A DNA stretch of 64,000 nt, from contig CM069154.1 of assembly GCA_035221665.1 (NCBI GenBank), positions 5,890,001 to 5,954,000 of the forward strand, read 5' to 3'. A program made the position numbers and the translations under genes. A model generated the notes under the pieces. It ran no database searches. It was not told where the DNA came from and saw only the letters and a list, made by a program, of their open reading frames with translations. Positions 1 through 14,400 of the stretch are shown piece by piece. Origin of the DNA: Okamejei kenojei. Its lineage: Eukaryota. Position 1 is the stretch's first letter, and every line of letters starts with the position of its first letter.

Positions 1-2070
1 ACAGGGCTGTTTCATTTGTGACATTGCCGGCCTACGGGAGAGCTGTGCCAGCAGCGCCTGGTACCCTGGTACTCTAGTTGGAGATAGTGGAGAGTTACCA
101 ATTCTTCAGTTGTTGGTATCAACTAAATATATACACTAGATGCACCCCATAGGTAAGGGGCTAGTGAGCGAATATACATATTCTACATGCTCAACTTCAC
201 GGTGGTGGCATATGTTAGCCACATGGCAATCAAGTAAAAGTATCCTGTAATAATTTACCTAATCTCCTTTTCCACTGGTGTATCATCCAGTTCAGATCGA
301 TGACAACACAGAATAGGTATTGGATCTCAAAGTATTATGAAAGTATGGTTCAATGCTACATCGAATATCGACATGCTGGTTCATGTTCATTCACTGATTG
401 CAAAAATATGTGGCAGAACAGTGCGGAGAAATACATTCTCGCTACATAAGGAGGAATGTTCTTTTATGTCTTCCTCCATTTTGCCTCATTAGTCGGGTCT
501 TAAAACCGTCAGCAAGACCTCGCTTTAGGCTTCATACTGTCGGACTGGCTAAACAGCCATGTTGCCTGCTTTCATCAGGCATAATAATACAACGGTATAC
601 GGTTATTCTAAGAAACGAAAACTTGCTGGTTCAAACTGTGTTTCAGGAAACCGACCTCTGCATAATAAAACAATTATTGACTTACACATTCTGAACGGAT
701 TGACTTGCGGCTCAGGTTGTCACATCAAGCCATGGATGTGCTCACAATAGAGTGCAGGGATAGCACCCAAAAAAGCAGTACATTTCTATGGAGGGGATCG
801 GAAGCGGTTTTGTTTAAATGTTAATGCTACATTTAATACGATACAGATTACTGACGTCTTCGAGTTCATTCTTAAATAATATTTAACAAAAATTCAGTTA
901 TAGAGCCACTACAGCTGCAACAAACGGGAACCACTCTGTCGGGTTCAACTCTGGATATTGAGTTGTAAAAGAGATCTTGACACAAGTTCTCCCACTACAA
1001 GAATATGAGGTTTAGATATTGAAAATGTGTTAACATTACTTCACCAGGGGGTTCCAGCTACATCCTTAGTCATGACACTAATACCAGCACAATGAGGGCA
1101 AACATTGCAAACGCTGTGGCTAGATAGGATGGAATTGGCTGCAGGTGCCATTACATTTTACATTCTGATCTACACAAGCAGAGCAGACCAGGTGTGGCAG
1201 GATTTAAGATCATTTTTGGATACCCCACAGTCTCACGTCTATGTGGGAGGGCAGGCTTGCTATATTATATCAAGGCCACCAGATTCCTAAGAAGTGTGGA
1301 ATCAGCATTGTTTATTAATCGACAAACAACCACACGAGGGAAGGTCGGTTCAGACTATTTCAAGGTGGCTGCAGCAGGTTCTGGTTTATGCAGGTATTAA
1401 CACTGACGATTGAATATATCATTCCACCAGGGCAACATCAACGTCAGCAGCCAGGGCAATGGACCTTCCCATCGACCATATCCTTGCAACCGCAGGATGG
1501 TCAACTGAATTGATTTTTTTTAAAAATATTTACCATTGGCCGGTTACGGACCCGGGGTTTTTGCCCATTCTGTTTTGCGTCCACTTTAGCCTCCCCTGAG
1601 ATACAGGGGTTGCTATTGATTTCTTTATTAATGTAAACCATTAATACATTTGAATCAATATCATGCTTAATGCATTTTTTGATTATTCACTCATCCTGAG
1701 TCAATCATTGCAGTGAGACGCCGAGATTTGGATCTGTGGCACAAAATCACAAAGATTCTAACCCTTCACGGAATCATTCACGTGACTCCGAAGTAAAATA
1801 GTAAGAGTTTGAAGTTTGATTTTATGAGGAGTTACGTTGGTGATTACTTGTCCTCCACGCCCAACCCTCTCTCATAAAGGTCATCTGGTAGTTCTCGAGT
1901 CACGCATCTTACTATGTCACTTGGGTAATTGTTATTTGTGATTTCATACCGCTGCTTTGAAGATTGACGCGCATGCGCACTGGCGGGGTTCTTCACGTAA
2001 TCACCAACATAACTCCTCATAAAATTAAGATCAAACTTCAAACTGGTAAGTTCTCATTTAATCTTACTAC
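1..2070 (+). mobile_element. Degraded DIRS1-type tyrosine-recombinase retrotransposon, 3' part (continues left of window)
   Basis: Broken YR remnant near 1420-1505 (HSTRATSTSAARAMDLPIDHILATAGWS, matching HSTRAAATSAA...HILETAGW of the copy at 15.6 kb); ICR-like block ~1765-1846 and 3' ITR ~1990-2070 share terminal motifs (cacgtgactccgaagtaaaatagtaag; ctggtaagttctc...aatcttact) with the DIRS at 14993-21178. Confidence 0.85.
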
Positions 2071-2398
2071 TCTTGCATATAGACTCAGTGGGTTTCTATG
2101 TATGATATACACATTGTACTTATGTTTCCATGGGTAATAGACAATAGGTGCAGGAGTAGGCCATTCGGCCCTTCGAGTCAGCACCGCCATTCACTGTGAT
2201 CATGGCTGATCATCCACAATTAGTACTCCGTTCCTTTGAAATAATCATCTGATCTGTATGCATAAAATAACCTTGATGGACCTTGACACATTTGATAATA
2301 AAGGAACCATAGAACCATTGAAGCGGATTAGTGAGGTTGAATTACAGAATTTTGTAAGTTCTCAAATACTCTGAGAATTCATACTGTGCTGTCTTTAC

Positions 2399-2445
2399 CT
2401 GCATTTCATTGTTATATGCTCTGGGAGGTTTGTTCCCCTCTGATT
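2399..2445 (-). CDS. Gene A penultimate cytoplasmic exon
   Basis: gttttccag|...CAG|gtaaag, 47 nt, phase 1-0, SEGNKPPRAYNNEMQ; same length, phase and ending (NNEMQ/NNDIQ) as gene B exon 29913-29959. Confidence 0.8.
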
Positions 2446-5400
2446 CTGGAAAACACAATGTTAACATTGAAAGGAGCATGTCAGGGACATTTTTAATCAG
2501 CCATCTTGCTGCATATAGAGTAGGAAGGAACTTCAGATGCTGGCTTATACTGAAGATGGACACAAAATGCTGGTGTAACTCAGCAGGAACAGGCAGAACT
2601 CTGGAGAGAAGGAATTGATGACGTTTCAGGTTGAGACCCATCTTCAGACCGTTCTCTCCAGAGATGCCTGTCCCGCTGATTTACTCCAGCATCTTGAGTC
2701 TATCTTTGGTGTATAACCAGCATCTGCAGTTCCTTCCTACTCTTTGATTCATGAGAACCACAGGGGCACCACAGGCCCAATTCGCCGCAAGCAGCACAGT
2801 TCTGGTCAGGTTACTGCACTGAAAGTTCAAAAAGGATCTGATAGAACCCTTCTTGATTAGTAGGGGCTTCAAAGTTTATGGGGAGATGGCAGGAGAATGG
2901 AGTTGAGAGGGAAAAAGTGATCACCCACGATTGCTTAGCTCATTAATCAAGAACACATCAATCTGTGCTTTAAAAATACTCAATGACTTGATCTCCACAG
3001 CTGTCTGTGACAATAACATCTCCACAGCTGTCTGTGACGATACACCTTTTTATCTGAGGCTATGCCCTCTGGTCCTAGTCTCTCTCACAAGTGGAACAAA
3101 CCTCTCCACATCCGTTCTATTTCATCCTTTCACTATTCCATAAGTTTCAATGAGGTTCACCTCATCCTTCTAAACTCCAGTGAGTACAGGCCCAGTGCTG
3201 TATATAACTAACTACGGCAGATTATTGAGAAATCCTAATCCACACTTTCAAACACAACAGCTAATTTACTGAGATGTGTAGAAAGGAACTGCAGATGCTG
3301 ATATTTACCGAAGATAGGCACAAAGTGCTGGAGTAACTCAGAGGAAGGGTCCCAACCCGAAACATCACCATTCCTTCTTCTCCAGAGATGCCACCTGACC
3401 TGTGTTTTGCTCCAGCATTATGTGTTTATCTTAGCTAATTTGCCAATGTCCAGTTTTTGAGAATTGGGAGGGTGGGGTGCAAGTAAATCTTACGTCTACT
3501 CAACCTCTTAGTTATAGTGCCATGGACTAGAACTAAGACTCAAACAGCATACAAAGTGGCCCTTTTCCCCAACTTGCCCATGCCAACCAAATTGCTCAAT
3601 TTACACTAACCCGACCTGCTCACCTTTGGCCCATATCCCACTAAACCATTCCTATTGAAGATAGACACAAAAAGCTGGAGTAACCCGGTGGGTCAGACAA
3701 CATCTCTGGAGAAAAGGAATAGGTGATGTTTAGTCGAGAAGTCACCTATTCTTTTTCTCCAGAGATGCAGTCTGACTCGCTGAGTTACTCCAGCTGTTTG
3801 TGTTTATCTTCGGTTTCAACCAGCATCTGCAGTTCCTTCCCACACAAACTATTCCTATTCATTTACCTGTCCAAATGTATTTTAAATGTTGTTGTAGGAC
3901 TTGCCTCAACTACCTCCTCTGGCAGCTCGTTCCAAAACGTTCCCCCTCATGTTCCAAAACCTTGCCTCTCAGGTTCCTATTAAATATTACCCTTGTCACC
4001 TGGCAGTTACATTGTTCTTCTGTGCTACATATAACTAAATAAAAACACCTCAACTCTGGGTCTTGGTTCACAAGAACCGACTACTACAATCACTTAACAT
4101 AGGCTGGCACAGTACCACAGCCTGTAGAGCTGCTGCCTCACAGTGCCAGAGACTCAGGTTCAATCCTCACCTCAAGTGCTACCTGCATGGAGATTGCCTG
4201 TTCTTCCTGTGACTGCGTGGGTTACCTCTGGGTGCTCCGGTTTCCCCCTACACCCGAAAGACATGCACGCCTGTAGGTTAATTGCCCACTGTAAATTGCC
4301 CCTAGTGTGTAGGCGAGGGGTTGAATCTTGGGGGAATTGATAACAACATGGAGAGAACAAAGTTGGATAAGATTAGTGTGTGGAAAGGAACTGCAGATGA
4401 ACGAATGAATGAATAAGTTTATTGGCCAAGGATTCACATACAAGGAATTTGCCTTGGTGCTTTGCCCGCAAGTGACACCGACAAACAGTGACAGTTAGGA
4501 ATGACTGTTAAGAATGCTAGTTTACACCAAAGCTAGATACAAAGTAGTAACTCAGTGGATCAGGCAGCATCTCTGGACAAAAAGGGTGGGTGACATTTCA
4601 GGCTGGGTCCCTTCTTCAGACTGGATAGGATTATTGTAGGACTAGAATAAAGAGGTGATTGATAGTCAACGTGAACTCAGTGTGCCAAAGGGCCTGTTTC
4701 CGTGCTGTATCTCCCTCTCTCTCTCTGCAGGAAATTATCACATACATCATGAAAGGATGAAGGAAACATAGAAACTCACTCTTTTGTCCACACTTTAGGC
4801 AACAAAGTAGACCAGCAACGATTACCACGAGAAGAGCTCCAGCAATACTGAGCCAAATTATGGGTCTATGGGACAGAGAAAGCAAAAAGGTTACTCGTGT
4901 TTCATCATTGATTCTTATCCTTTGGTAAAGAACAAAAGTCTAACATCTGCAAGGTATCTTTCATGAGCTCAGGATAAATCAAGCCCAATGAATGGAGTGC
5001 AGACATTGCTGTAATGTGGTAAGCACCCAAGCCAAACTTCCAACAGCAAGTCCCACAAACAGCAGTGCGATGACGACCAATGATTGTGATGTTGGATAAA
5101 GAATAAACCCAACTCAACCCAACAGTTGCGCAGCATGGAGTTGCTGCCTTACAGCACCAGAGACCCAGGTTCAATCCGGACTACAGGTGCTATCTGTAAG
5201 GAGTTTGCATTTTCTCCCTGTGGGATGAAGTGGGTTTCCTCCGGGTGCCCCAGTTTCCTCCCACATCACAAAGACGTGTGGGTTTGTGGGTTAATTGACC
5301 TTGTTAAATTGCCCTTAATTTGTACCAAGTGGATGAAAAAGTCGGATAACATAGATCTAATATGAAAGGGTGATCGATGGACAGCGTGGACTTGGAGGAA

Positions 5401-8400
5401 CAAAGGATTTGTTTCCTTGCTGTATCTCTAAACTAAAGTAAAACTAAACTAATTGTGTGTGAGATCTGGCCAGTGGCATTGTCAGTGGTAGATATATAAC
5501 CATATAACCATATAACAATTACAGCAAGGAAACAGGCCCTCTTGGCCCTTCCAGTCCGTGCCGATCATTTGTTTTCCCCTAGTCCCATCTACCTGCACTC
5601 AGACCATACCCCTCAATTCCCTTCCCGTCCATATACCTATCCACTTTACTTTTAAATGTTAAAATCGATCCTGCCTCCACCACTTCTGCTGGAAGCTCAT
5701 TCCACACAGCCACTACCCTCTGAGTAAAGAAGTTCCCCCTCACGTTACCCCTAAACTTCCGTCCCTTAATTCGCATGTCATGCCCTCTTGTTTGAATCTT
5801 CCCTACCCTTAATGGGAAAAGCTTATCCACGTCAACTCTGTCTATCCCTTTCATCATTTTAAAGACCTCAATCAAGTCCCCCCTTAACCTTCTGCGCTCC
5901 AAAGAATAAAGACCTAACTTGTTCAACCTTTCTCTGTAACATAGGTGCTGGATCCCAGGCAACATTCTAGTAAATCTCCTCTGTACTCTCTCTATTTTGT
6001 TGACAATATCTGCCAATTGGTTTACAAATACTCACAGCTCACAGATTTACGAAGGAAACACCCCCTTGTTCAAAACCAGTGGACAGTCAATAAGTGTAGG
6101 AAGGAACTACAGATGCTAGTTTAAACCAAAGATAGACACAAAATGCCGGAGTAACTCAGCGGGTGAGGCAGCATCTCTGGAGAGAAGGAGTAGATGACGT
6201 TTGGGATTGAGATCCTACTTCAAGGGAGAAGGAGATACAGAGATAAGGAAGTGTAAGGTGTGAAAATGAAACAAAGGGGGTGGAGATCAAGGAACATGTA
6301 GAATGTCAGACTGGTCGGAGTACTGGAAAAGGAGTGGGATGGCGAGTCAGAGAAAGCAAGAGTTACTTGTAGTAGGTATGTTACAAAACTTACCTTTAGC
6401 GGTGCTGCAGTTCTGTCACTGGCCGTGTGCGTGACTTTCGTGCCTTCAAGGGAGGGGGGGGGGGGGGGGGGGGGGGGGTGGGGTTAAAATGCGGTTTTTC
6501 CCTTGCCATCCGGAATTATATTTTATTGGAGTGCGAGTTATATCTGGAGATTCGTTCCGACTGCCGGTAAGTTAATTCTTTTTTTTTTTTTTTTAAATCG
6601 CCCGACTTTTTCGGCGCTACAGTAAAATAAAAATTAGCTCCTAATGCCGTGAACGCCGACAACGGGGATGGATTTTACGTAGGGGACAGGTAAGTGAAAG
6701 CTGTTTATTTTTTCATATAAACTTGGATGTTTGGATTACCTTAATCAATATTTCATGTTGCGAAACGGTGAATTATTCGCCATATGAACCGGCAGTGTTT
6801 TTCCTGCCGATATTGGGTTTAAATTCACCGTAACCGCAACGTTCCAATCCATCGCATTCCATAAAAACCCACTCACAAGCTGTTTAAAATGCCCATTAAT
6901 TTATGTGCATTAAACACTAAATTCCTTCAATTTGGCCTATAAATTCATAACAATGAGATTTTAAAATCATGTTATATTGTGAATTCTTGTGTGAATGTTA
7001 TTTGGACACCTAGGCTTTAAAAAAAATGTTAATATTTTCTTAAGAAATGGATAGATGTTTAGATCTAGTAATTGAATTTTGTAATTAGCTACAATTGGGT
7101 AACTAACTAATTATATGCTTTAATTTCAGGTCATCCAAGTAAGATTGTTTCATATTAGTTTCAGAATTCTTCAGTCTATAATAACTGAAAATGTCTTTCA
7201 GTTCTCTTAATTTTTAAGAAAGTTGTGGGCTTTTGACTGTCCTTGATCACAACTTTTGTGTTAAGTCAATGGAGGGGCTCATGTTGTCGACCTCCCCGTG
7301 GTGAGCCCTGTCAACTGACTTCAGTCAGGCGAACGACAACAAACGGAGACAGCAGCAGCGCCGTAGCTTGGCGCCAACCCGAAGCATGCGCCCTTTTTAG
7401 GGCGGGCACCTACGGATGTCGAACCGGATGGCATCACCCTGCTGCGGACTTCTGTTGCCTCAAATGCAAGAAGAAGAAGAAGAAGAAGTCAATGGAAATG
7501 CAATAGGGAACAAGATGCTAATTTCTAAGTATGAAAATGGCCATAACTTTTTTAATACTGAAGATATGAAATTAAATTAGGTGTCCAATTAAACTTCTTA
7601 TTTGCTTTATCTGATGGGATAAACTGCAGACTTGATTTTAAAAATTTAAAAATTTTGTAACATTGCTACTTGTAGTTGGAGAAGTCAACATTCATACAGC
7701 TGGGGTGTAAGCTGCCCAATATGAGGTGATGTTGCCTCAAATATGCGCTGGGCCTCCTTATCAAAGGAGAAGGCCCAGGACAGAAATGTAAGCGTGGGAA
7801 TGGGAGGGGGAGTTAAAGTGTTTACCACCGGGCGATCAGGTAGGTTTAGGCGGACTGAGCGAAGGAGTTCAGTAAAACGATCGCCAAACCTGTGCTTGTT
7901 CTTGCCGATATAGTCAAGTTAAGTCAAAAGAGTTTATTGTCATGTGTCCCTGACAGGACAATGAAATTCTTTCTTTGCATAGCACAACAGAACATAGTAG
8001 GCATTGACTACAGTTATATACTTAAATACACACATTAATTAATTAATTAATAAAGTGCAAATAACAGATGGAGGAGTATTAATGTTCAGAGTTTTGTCTG
8101 AGCCAGGTTTAATAGCCTGATGGCTGTGGGGAAGTAGCTATTCCTGAACTGGGTTGTTGCAGTTCTCAGGCTCCTGTACCTTCTACCCGAAGGTAGCAGG
8201 GAGATGACTGGCAGCATCATCAAGGACCCACACCACCCTGGCCACACACTCATCTCCCTGCTACCATTGGGTAGAAGGTACATGAGTGTGTGGCCAGGGT
8301 GGTGTGGGTCCTTGATGATGCTGCCAGCCTTTTTGAGGCAGCGACTGTGGTAGATCCCCTCGATGGAAGGAAGGTCAGAGCCGATGATGGACTCGGCAGT

Positions 8401-11400
8401 GTTTACTACTTTTTGAAGTCTTTTCCTCTCCAGGGCACTCAATTGCCGAACCAAGCCACGATGCAACCAGTCAGCAAGCTCTCTACTGTGCACCTGTAGA
8501 AGTTAGAGAGAGTCCTCCTTGACAGACCAACTCTCCGTAATCTTCTCAGGAAGTAGAGGCGCTGATGAGCTTTCTTAATAATTGCATCTGTGTTCTCGGA
8601 CCAGGAAAGATCTTCACAGATGTGCACGCCCAGGAATTTGAAGCTCTTGACCCTTTCAACCATCGACCCGTTGATATAAAAAGGACTGTGGGTCCCCATT
8701 CTACTCCTTCCAAAGTCCACAATCAGTTCCTTGGTTTTTGCTGGTGTTGAGGGCCAGGTTATTGTGCTGGCACCATATGGACAGTCGCTCGATCTCTCTT
8801 CTGTACTCAGACATCCCCATCAGTGATAGGTCCCACTACAGTGGTGTCGTCAGCGAACTTGATGATGGAGTTCGCACTGTGACCGGCTACGCAGTCATGC
8901 GTATAGAGTGAGTACAGCAGGGGGCTGAGCACGCAGCCTTGAGGTGCTCCCGTGGATTGTTATTGAGTCTGACACATTTCCACCAATACAAACAGACTGT
9001 GGTCTGTGGATGAGGAAGTCGAGGATCCAATTGCAGAGGGATGCGCAGAGACCCAGTTCTGCGAGTTTGGTAACCAGCTTGGAGGGGATGAGTGTGCTAA
9101 ATGCCGAGCTGTAGTCAATGAATAACAGCCTGACATATGAGTTTTTGTTGTCCAAGTAGTCCAGAGCGGAGTGGAGGGCCAGTGAGATCGCGTCCACCGT
9201 TGATCTGTTGTGGTGGTAAGCGAACTGCAGTGGGTCCAGGTTTTTGTCAAGGTAGGAGTTGATTTGCGCCATGATCAACCTCTCGAAGCACTTCATCACC
9301 ACAGGCGTTAGTGCCACAGGTCGATAGTCATTGAGGCACGTCACCTTGCTCTTCTTGGGCACCGGTATTATTGATGCCCTTTTGAGGCAGGTGGGAACCT
9401 CAGACCTCAGAAGTGACAGGTTGAAAATGTCCATAAAAACTCCAGCCAGTTGGTCCGCACAGGTTTTTAAAACACGACCAGGTATGCCATCAGGTCCAGA
9501 CACATTTTGAGGGTTCAGCCCTCTGAAGGATTTCCTGACGTCGGCCTCTGTGACTGAGACTGAAATACCATCACAGCGAATGGGGGCTCGGGAAGGCACA
9601 TCGGTGTTCTCCCTATCAAAACGTGCGTAAAATGCATTGAGCTCATCAGGGAGTGATGTATCGCCGACATCCGAGCTGCCTCCTGGTTTCGCCTTGTAGG
9701 TGGTGATTGCATTCAGTCTCTGCCACAGCTGCCGAACATCTGTCTCATGCTCCAGTTTGGGGCAGAACTCCCTTTTGGCCTTTTTGATGGCCTTACCAAG
9801 GTCGTATCTGGACTTCATGTAAACCACTGTATCATCAGACATGAATGCCCGGTGTCTGGTCTTCAGAAGAGTGTGGATGTCAGAGTTCATCCAAGGTTTC
9901 TGATTGGGAAACACTCGGAAGGTTTTTGTGGGGATGCAGTCCTCCACACATTTCTTAATGAAGTCTGTAACGACTGTGGCATATTCATTCAAGTCCGTTG
10001 CCGAGTCCTTGAACATTGCCAGATGTTCGAGATGTGGAGAGCAGGAGTTGGACAGAACTGCCATGTCTGAGCACCACGCAGAGTTGACCATGAGGCAGAC
10101 GCCCCCTCCTCTCCTTATATAGGAGTCCACACCTGCAACTGGAGATGAGGAGCTGCAAGTGAACATCTGCAAGTGAACATCTGCCTCACCTGAAAAAACT
10201 GTCAGGGTCCTTGGACAGATTCGTGGGGGGAGGTATAGCAACATGTGTTGCATCTCCTGCAGTTGCAGGTGAAAGCACCTGGGGAAGGATGGTTTTGGTG
10301 GGAAGGGATGAGTTAACCAGGGAGATGCAGAGGGAATGGCCTCTGCAGAAAGCAGAAAGGGGTGGAGATGGGAAGATGTGGCTAGTGGTGGGTGTCAATG
10401 TCCTGCCAAATTTAACACTGGTTTGACATTGACTATTGTTTCTATAATGTAGTTTAGTTTATTATTGTCACGTGTATCGAGGTACAGTGAAAAGCTTTTT
10501 GTTGTGTGTTATCCAGTCAGCGAAAAGACTATACACGATTACAATCAAGCTGTCACAGCATACAGATTCGGATAAAGGGTATAATGTTTAGTGCAAGATA
10601 GAGTCCAATAAAGCCTGATTAAAGATAGTTGGAAGGTCTCCAATGAGGTAGATGGGAGGTCAGGATCGCTCTCTAGCTGGTGAAGGGATGGTTCAGTTGT
10701 TGGGAAGAAAATGTCCCTGACTCTGCAGGTGTGCGTTTTCAAACCTCCATACATCTTGCCTGATGGGAGATGGCAGAAGAGGGAGTGACCGGGGTGAGTG
10801 GTCCTTGATTATGCCTCTCTGGCATTGTAAGGCAGCAACTCTACCGCTGCACCACCATGCCACCTCCAACAACCTAGAGTTACTCCAGTACCTTGTATTG
10901 TACTCAAGGTTCCCGGGATGGCAGGACTGTCATATGATGAAAGAATGGAGCGACTGGGCTTGTGTTCATAGGAATTTAGAAGGATGAGAAGGGATCTTAT
11001 AGACACATATAAAATTATTAAGGGATTGGACACGCGAGATGCAGGAAACATGTTGCCGATGTTGGGGGAGTCCAGAACCAGGGGCCACAGTTTACGAATA
11101 AGGGGTTGGCTATTTAGAACTGAGATGAGGAAAACCTTTTCACTCAGAGAGTTGTGAATCTGTGGAATTCTTTGCCTCAGAAGGCAGTGCAGGCCGATTC
11201 ACTGGATACATTCAAAAGAGAGTTAGATAGAGTTCTTAGGGCTAGTGGAATCAAGAGATATGGGGACAAGGGAGGAACGGGGTACTGATTGTGGATGATC
11301 AGCCATGACCACATTGAATGGCGGTGCTGGCTGGAAGGGCTGAATGGCCTACTCCTGCACTTATTGTCTATCTATTTATGTATCTATGTATGTATCAACA

Positions 11401-14400
11401 GTTCCTTGTGTCTCTACCTCTCATATTGAAAAGCAAGGCCAATCAAAACTTGAGCAAGTGAAAATTATACCTGTTAGAGAAATTGGGCGCAGTGGTTTCC
11501 TGATGATTGGGTGTTAGTTTTGTATTTGAAGTAAATGCTACTGTTGTAAGCGATCCTGGATTAGATTTACGTTCTGTTGAGAAAAGGAAATAAAAGACAA
11601 TTAAAGATAGACAAAATATGCTGAAGTGACTCAGTGGGACCCGCAGCACCTCTGGAGAGAGGGATTGGGTGAAGTTTCAGGTCTGAGGATAGGTCTCGGG
11701 CCGAAACGTCACCCATTCCTTCCCTCCAGAGACGCTGCCTGTCCCGCTGAGTTACTCCAGCATTTCAAGTTCACGTTCAAGTTCACATTTATTGTCACGT
11801 GCACCAATTAAGGTATAGTGATATTTGGGTTATCAAACAGCCATACGTTAACAAAAATAACGCAATACACAATAGTTTTAACATAAACATCCACCACAGT
11901 AGAATCATCATTCCTCACTGTGATGGAAGGCAATAAAGTTCAGTCATCTTCCTCCTTTTTACCCCCTTGGTGGTCGGGGCCTTGAGCCCTCAGCACTGTT
12001 TGAACCCTCCACCTCCAGTTTAAATTCCAGTTGAAATATTTTGGAGGACCAAGTAACCAAGAACCACTGCCTCTGCTGACGGCCCAAAGTTCGAGCCCTT
12101 GAGTCGGGCTGATGGAGACTCCGGCGTTGGGGCGGAATGGAAACACACCATGGCATGGATCTCCCAAGTCGGCCTTTTCTTACCGGAGACCATGGCTTCA
12201 CGGTGTTAGCCCCGCTGTCGGAGCACTTCCACAGCAATCCTCGACAAAGGATCGCAGCTCCGTGATGTTAAAGTCCACGCCACGCTTGCGACTTGAAGCT
12301 CCAGGCCGGTCTCCGGCCCAGTTGTTAGGCCGCGGGGAGGGGACGGAGACGTGACACGGGGAAAGATCACATCTCCGTCGTGGTAAGTGACTGAAAACGG
12401 TTTCCCCATATTCCCCCCCTCAACCGGAGATAAAAAAATACAGAGAAACATTAAAACATACATTTTAGACACACTAAAAATAACAAAATAGCCGAAATAA
12501 CACACAAGCTGCTGGCGAGGCTCCCATCTCAGCGCCACCCAATGATGTATCTCTCTATTCTATAGATTTGGTATCTATCTCTGATTAAAACAGCATCTGC
12601 AGTTCTTTCCTACACAATAAAAGACAATTCCCTGTTTGCCGTTTCGTCATTATTCAAGATCCAGGGGCGTCATCTGCAAACTCCCAGGAGGGGTAAGAAC
12701 ATAATTCGACCAAAGCGCATAGAGATCCCGGCATTGATCCCTATGGTACATCATTTAGGGCGGCACGGTGGCGCAGCTGTAGAATTGCTGCCTTACAGCG
12801 CCAGGGACCCGGGTTCGATCCTGACCATGGGGGCTTGTCTGTCTGGAGTTTGTACGTACTCCCCGTGACCTGCGTGGGTTTTCTCCAAGAACTTTGGTTT
12901 CTTCCCACGCTCCAAAGACGTACAGGTTAATTGGCTTGGTGTAAATGTAAAATAGTTCCTAATGTGTATAGGGTAGTGTTAGGGGATCACTGGTCAGCAA
13001 GGACTCGGTGTACCTATCTGTACATTGTGGACAGCTTGATAGTAATCATGTATATAGTATTATCTGCTTTTTGGAGAGCACACGGAAAAAAAAGCTTTTC
13101 ACTGTATCTCGGTACACATGACAATAATGAACTAAACTAAAACTAAACAAAATTTGGTGAGATTCCTGGAAAACTTCAGCACAATGTGACGGCAGGAAAT
13201 TGTCAGAGATCTGTTGCATGTTCTGTGGGTTTAGGGAGAGAGAATAATTGTGTTTAGTTTCAGTGGGCTACGGTGGAAGGAGAGAGCGGGTGATGGTGTG
13301 AACCTGGGAAAACTGTTCCTGATGGACTGAACCCAGTCTGTTGAGCTCAAGGGGACTGATTCCCCCTTTTATTATTAATTATCGAGGTGTTTCAGAGCTT
13401 GAAGTGGGTGGCCGCTCAGTGGGACAGTGGTGAGAGACATAGGGTGAAAGCAACATGAGTGGCGTTTCCCGATCCCCGCCCGCTCCCTGCAGGTCTCTGC
13501 ACTGGCGCGGAGCCTCGGGATATCGGTGCTGCCCTGACCCTTCCTGGAGAAAACATGGATCAGGCGTTTCAGTGGAGACATCAAGTCAATCGCTGAGAAA
13601 CGTACCGTCAGATACTTGGAGATGAACAGTAAACAATGGATCAAAGCCAGGTGCAGTAATTCCACATCTGTACCATCCGGTATCTCCAGAGTGAAGATCC
13701 TCCACAGTCACTCTAAATATTCCTTGTGCCGGGTTATCTGTGATTGACGTTCTTCCACTCCGTCCGTGTTGCCCATTTGTTTCCACTACAACTGAACACA
13801 TGAAACTCCTCCCGTGGCACCAGTATTTTGTGGCTGAGCCGCGCCATGATTCATAGTGACAATCGATTGTAATATTTTTTCCCACAACTCCTCCTACATA
13901 TTTCTTTGCCCACAGTGCACCTGAAACTGAGAGGAAAAATCTTTAGAAAACGTACAGGACAAATCTACTTAACACAGCGTTTGCTGGCCCACCCACTCTT
14001 CCCCTACCAAACGATGGGCCGAATGGTCCAACCCATGTGTGGACATTCACTTACCCTTGAGCCAAACACAAAGTGCCGGTGTAACTCAGCAGATCAGGCA
14101 GCATCTGTGGATGGAATGGTCTAGTGACGTGTTGGGTTGTGACCCTTCTTCAGACTGATTAAAGTAGGGTGGGGAACGTGGGAAGAGTGGTGGAGATGGG
14201 ATAAAACCTGGCAAGTGACAGGTGGAAGGTAGACACAAAATGCAGAGTAACTCAGCGGGACAGGCAGCATAACAAGTTTTTGCTGGATAGAGAGATGGGA
14301 ATTTTGACTGGTTCATGGGTGGACAAAGACTGGAGGTGAAAAGCGGTCAAAAGGTTGTCAGATGAGGAGAGAAGAGAAGTGAAATGTAAAGGCAGAGGGA

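Larger units (their letters stand above)
6095..10390 (-). mobile_element. Penelope relic split by a DNA transposon and Rex1 (pieces ~6095-6365, 7677-7912, 10128-10390)
   Basis: Pieces are colinear with the GIY-YIG region of 61156-61707. Confidence 0.75.

Noticed and set aside
6454-6483. Long G/C homopolymers (also ~35325-35368, 42305, 57846, 59684, 63391) as G-quadruplex elements
   Set aside because: Simple runs mostly within repeats, of unreliable length; no evidence of function
12758-12830. tRNA-like A/B boxes
   Set aside because: SINE heads continuing into V-SINE bodies, not tRNA genes
13375-13665. Repeated ORF family MELxHL...ISKYL (also 46885-47130, 40487-40909)
   Set aside because: Alternative frame of the V exon running into duplicated intron; not an independent gene
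13911-13950. CACAGTG heptamer at V-exon starts (also 41155), suggesting rearranging Ig/TCR segments
   Set aside because: It is the antisense of the Ala-Leu-Trp codons, there is no nonamer at 12 or 23 bp, and each V exon already encodes its G strand and ends in a splice donor
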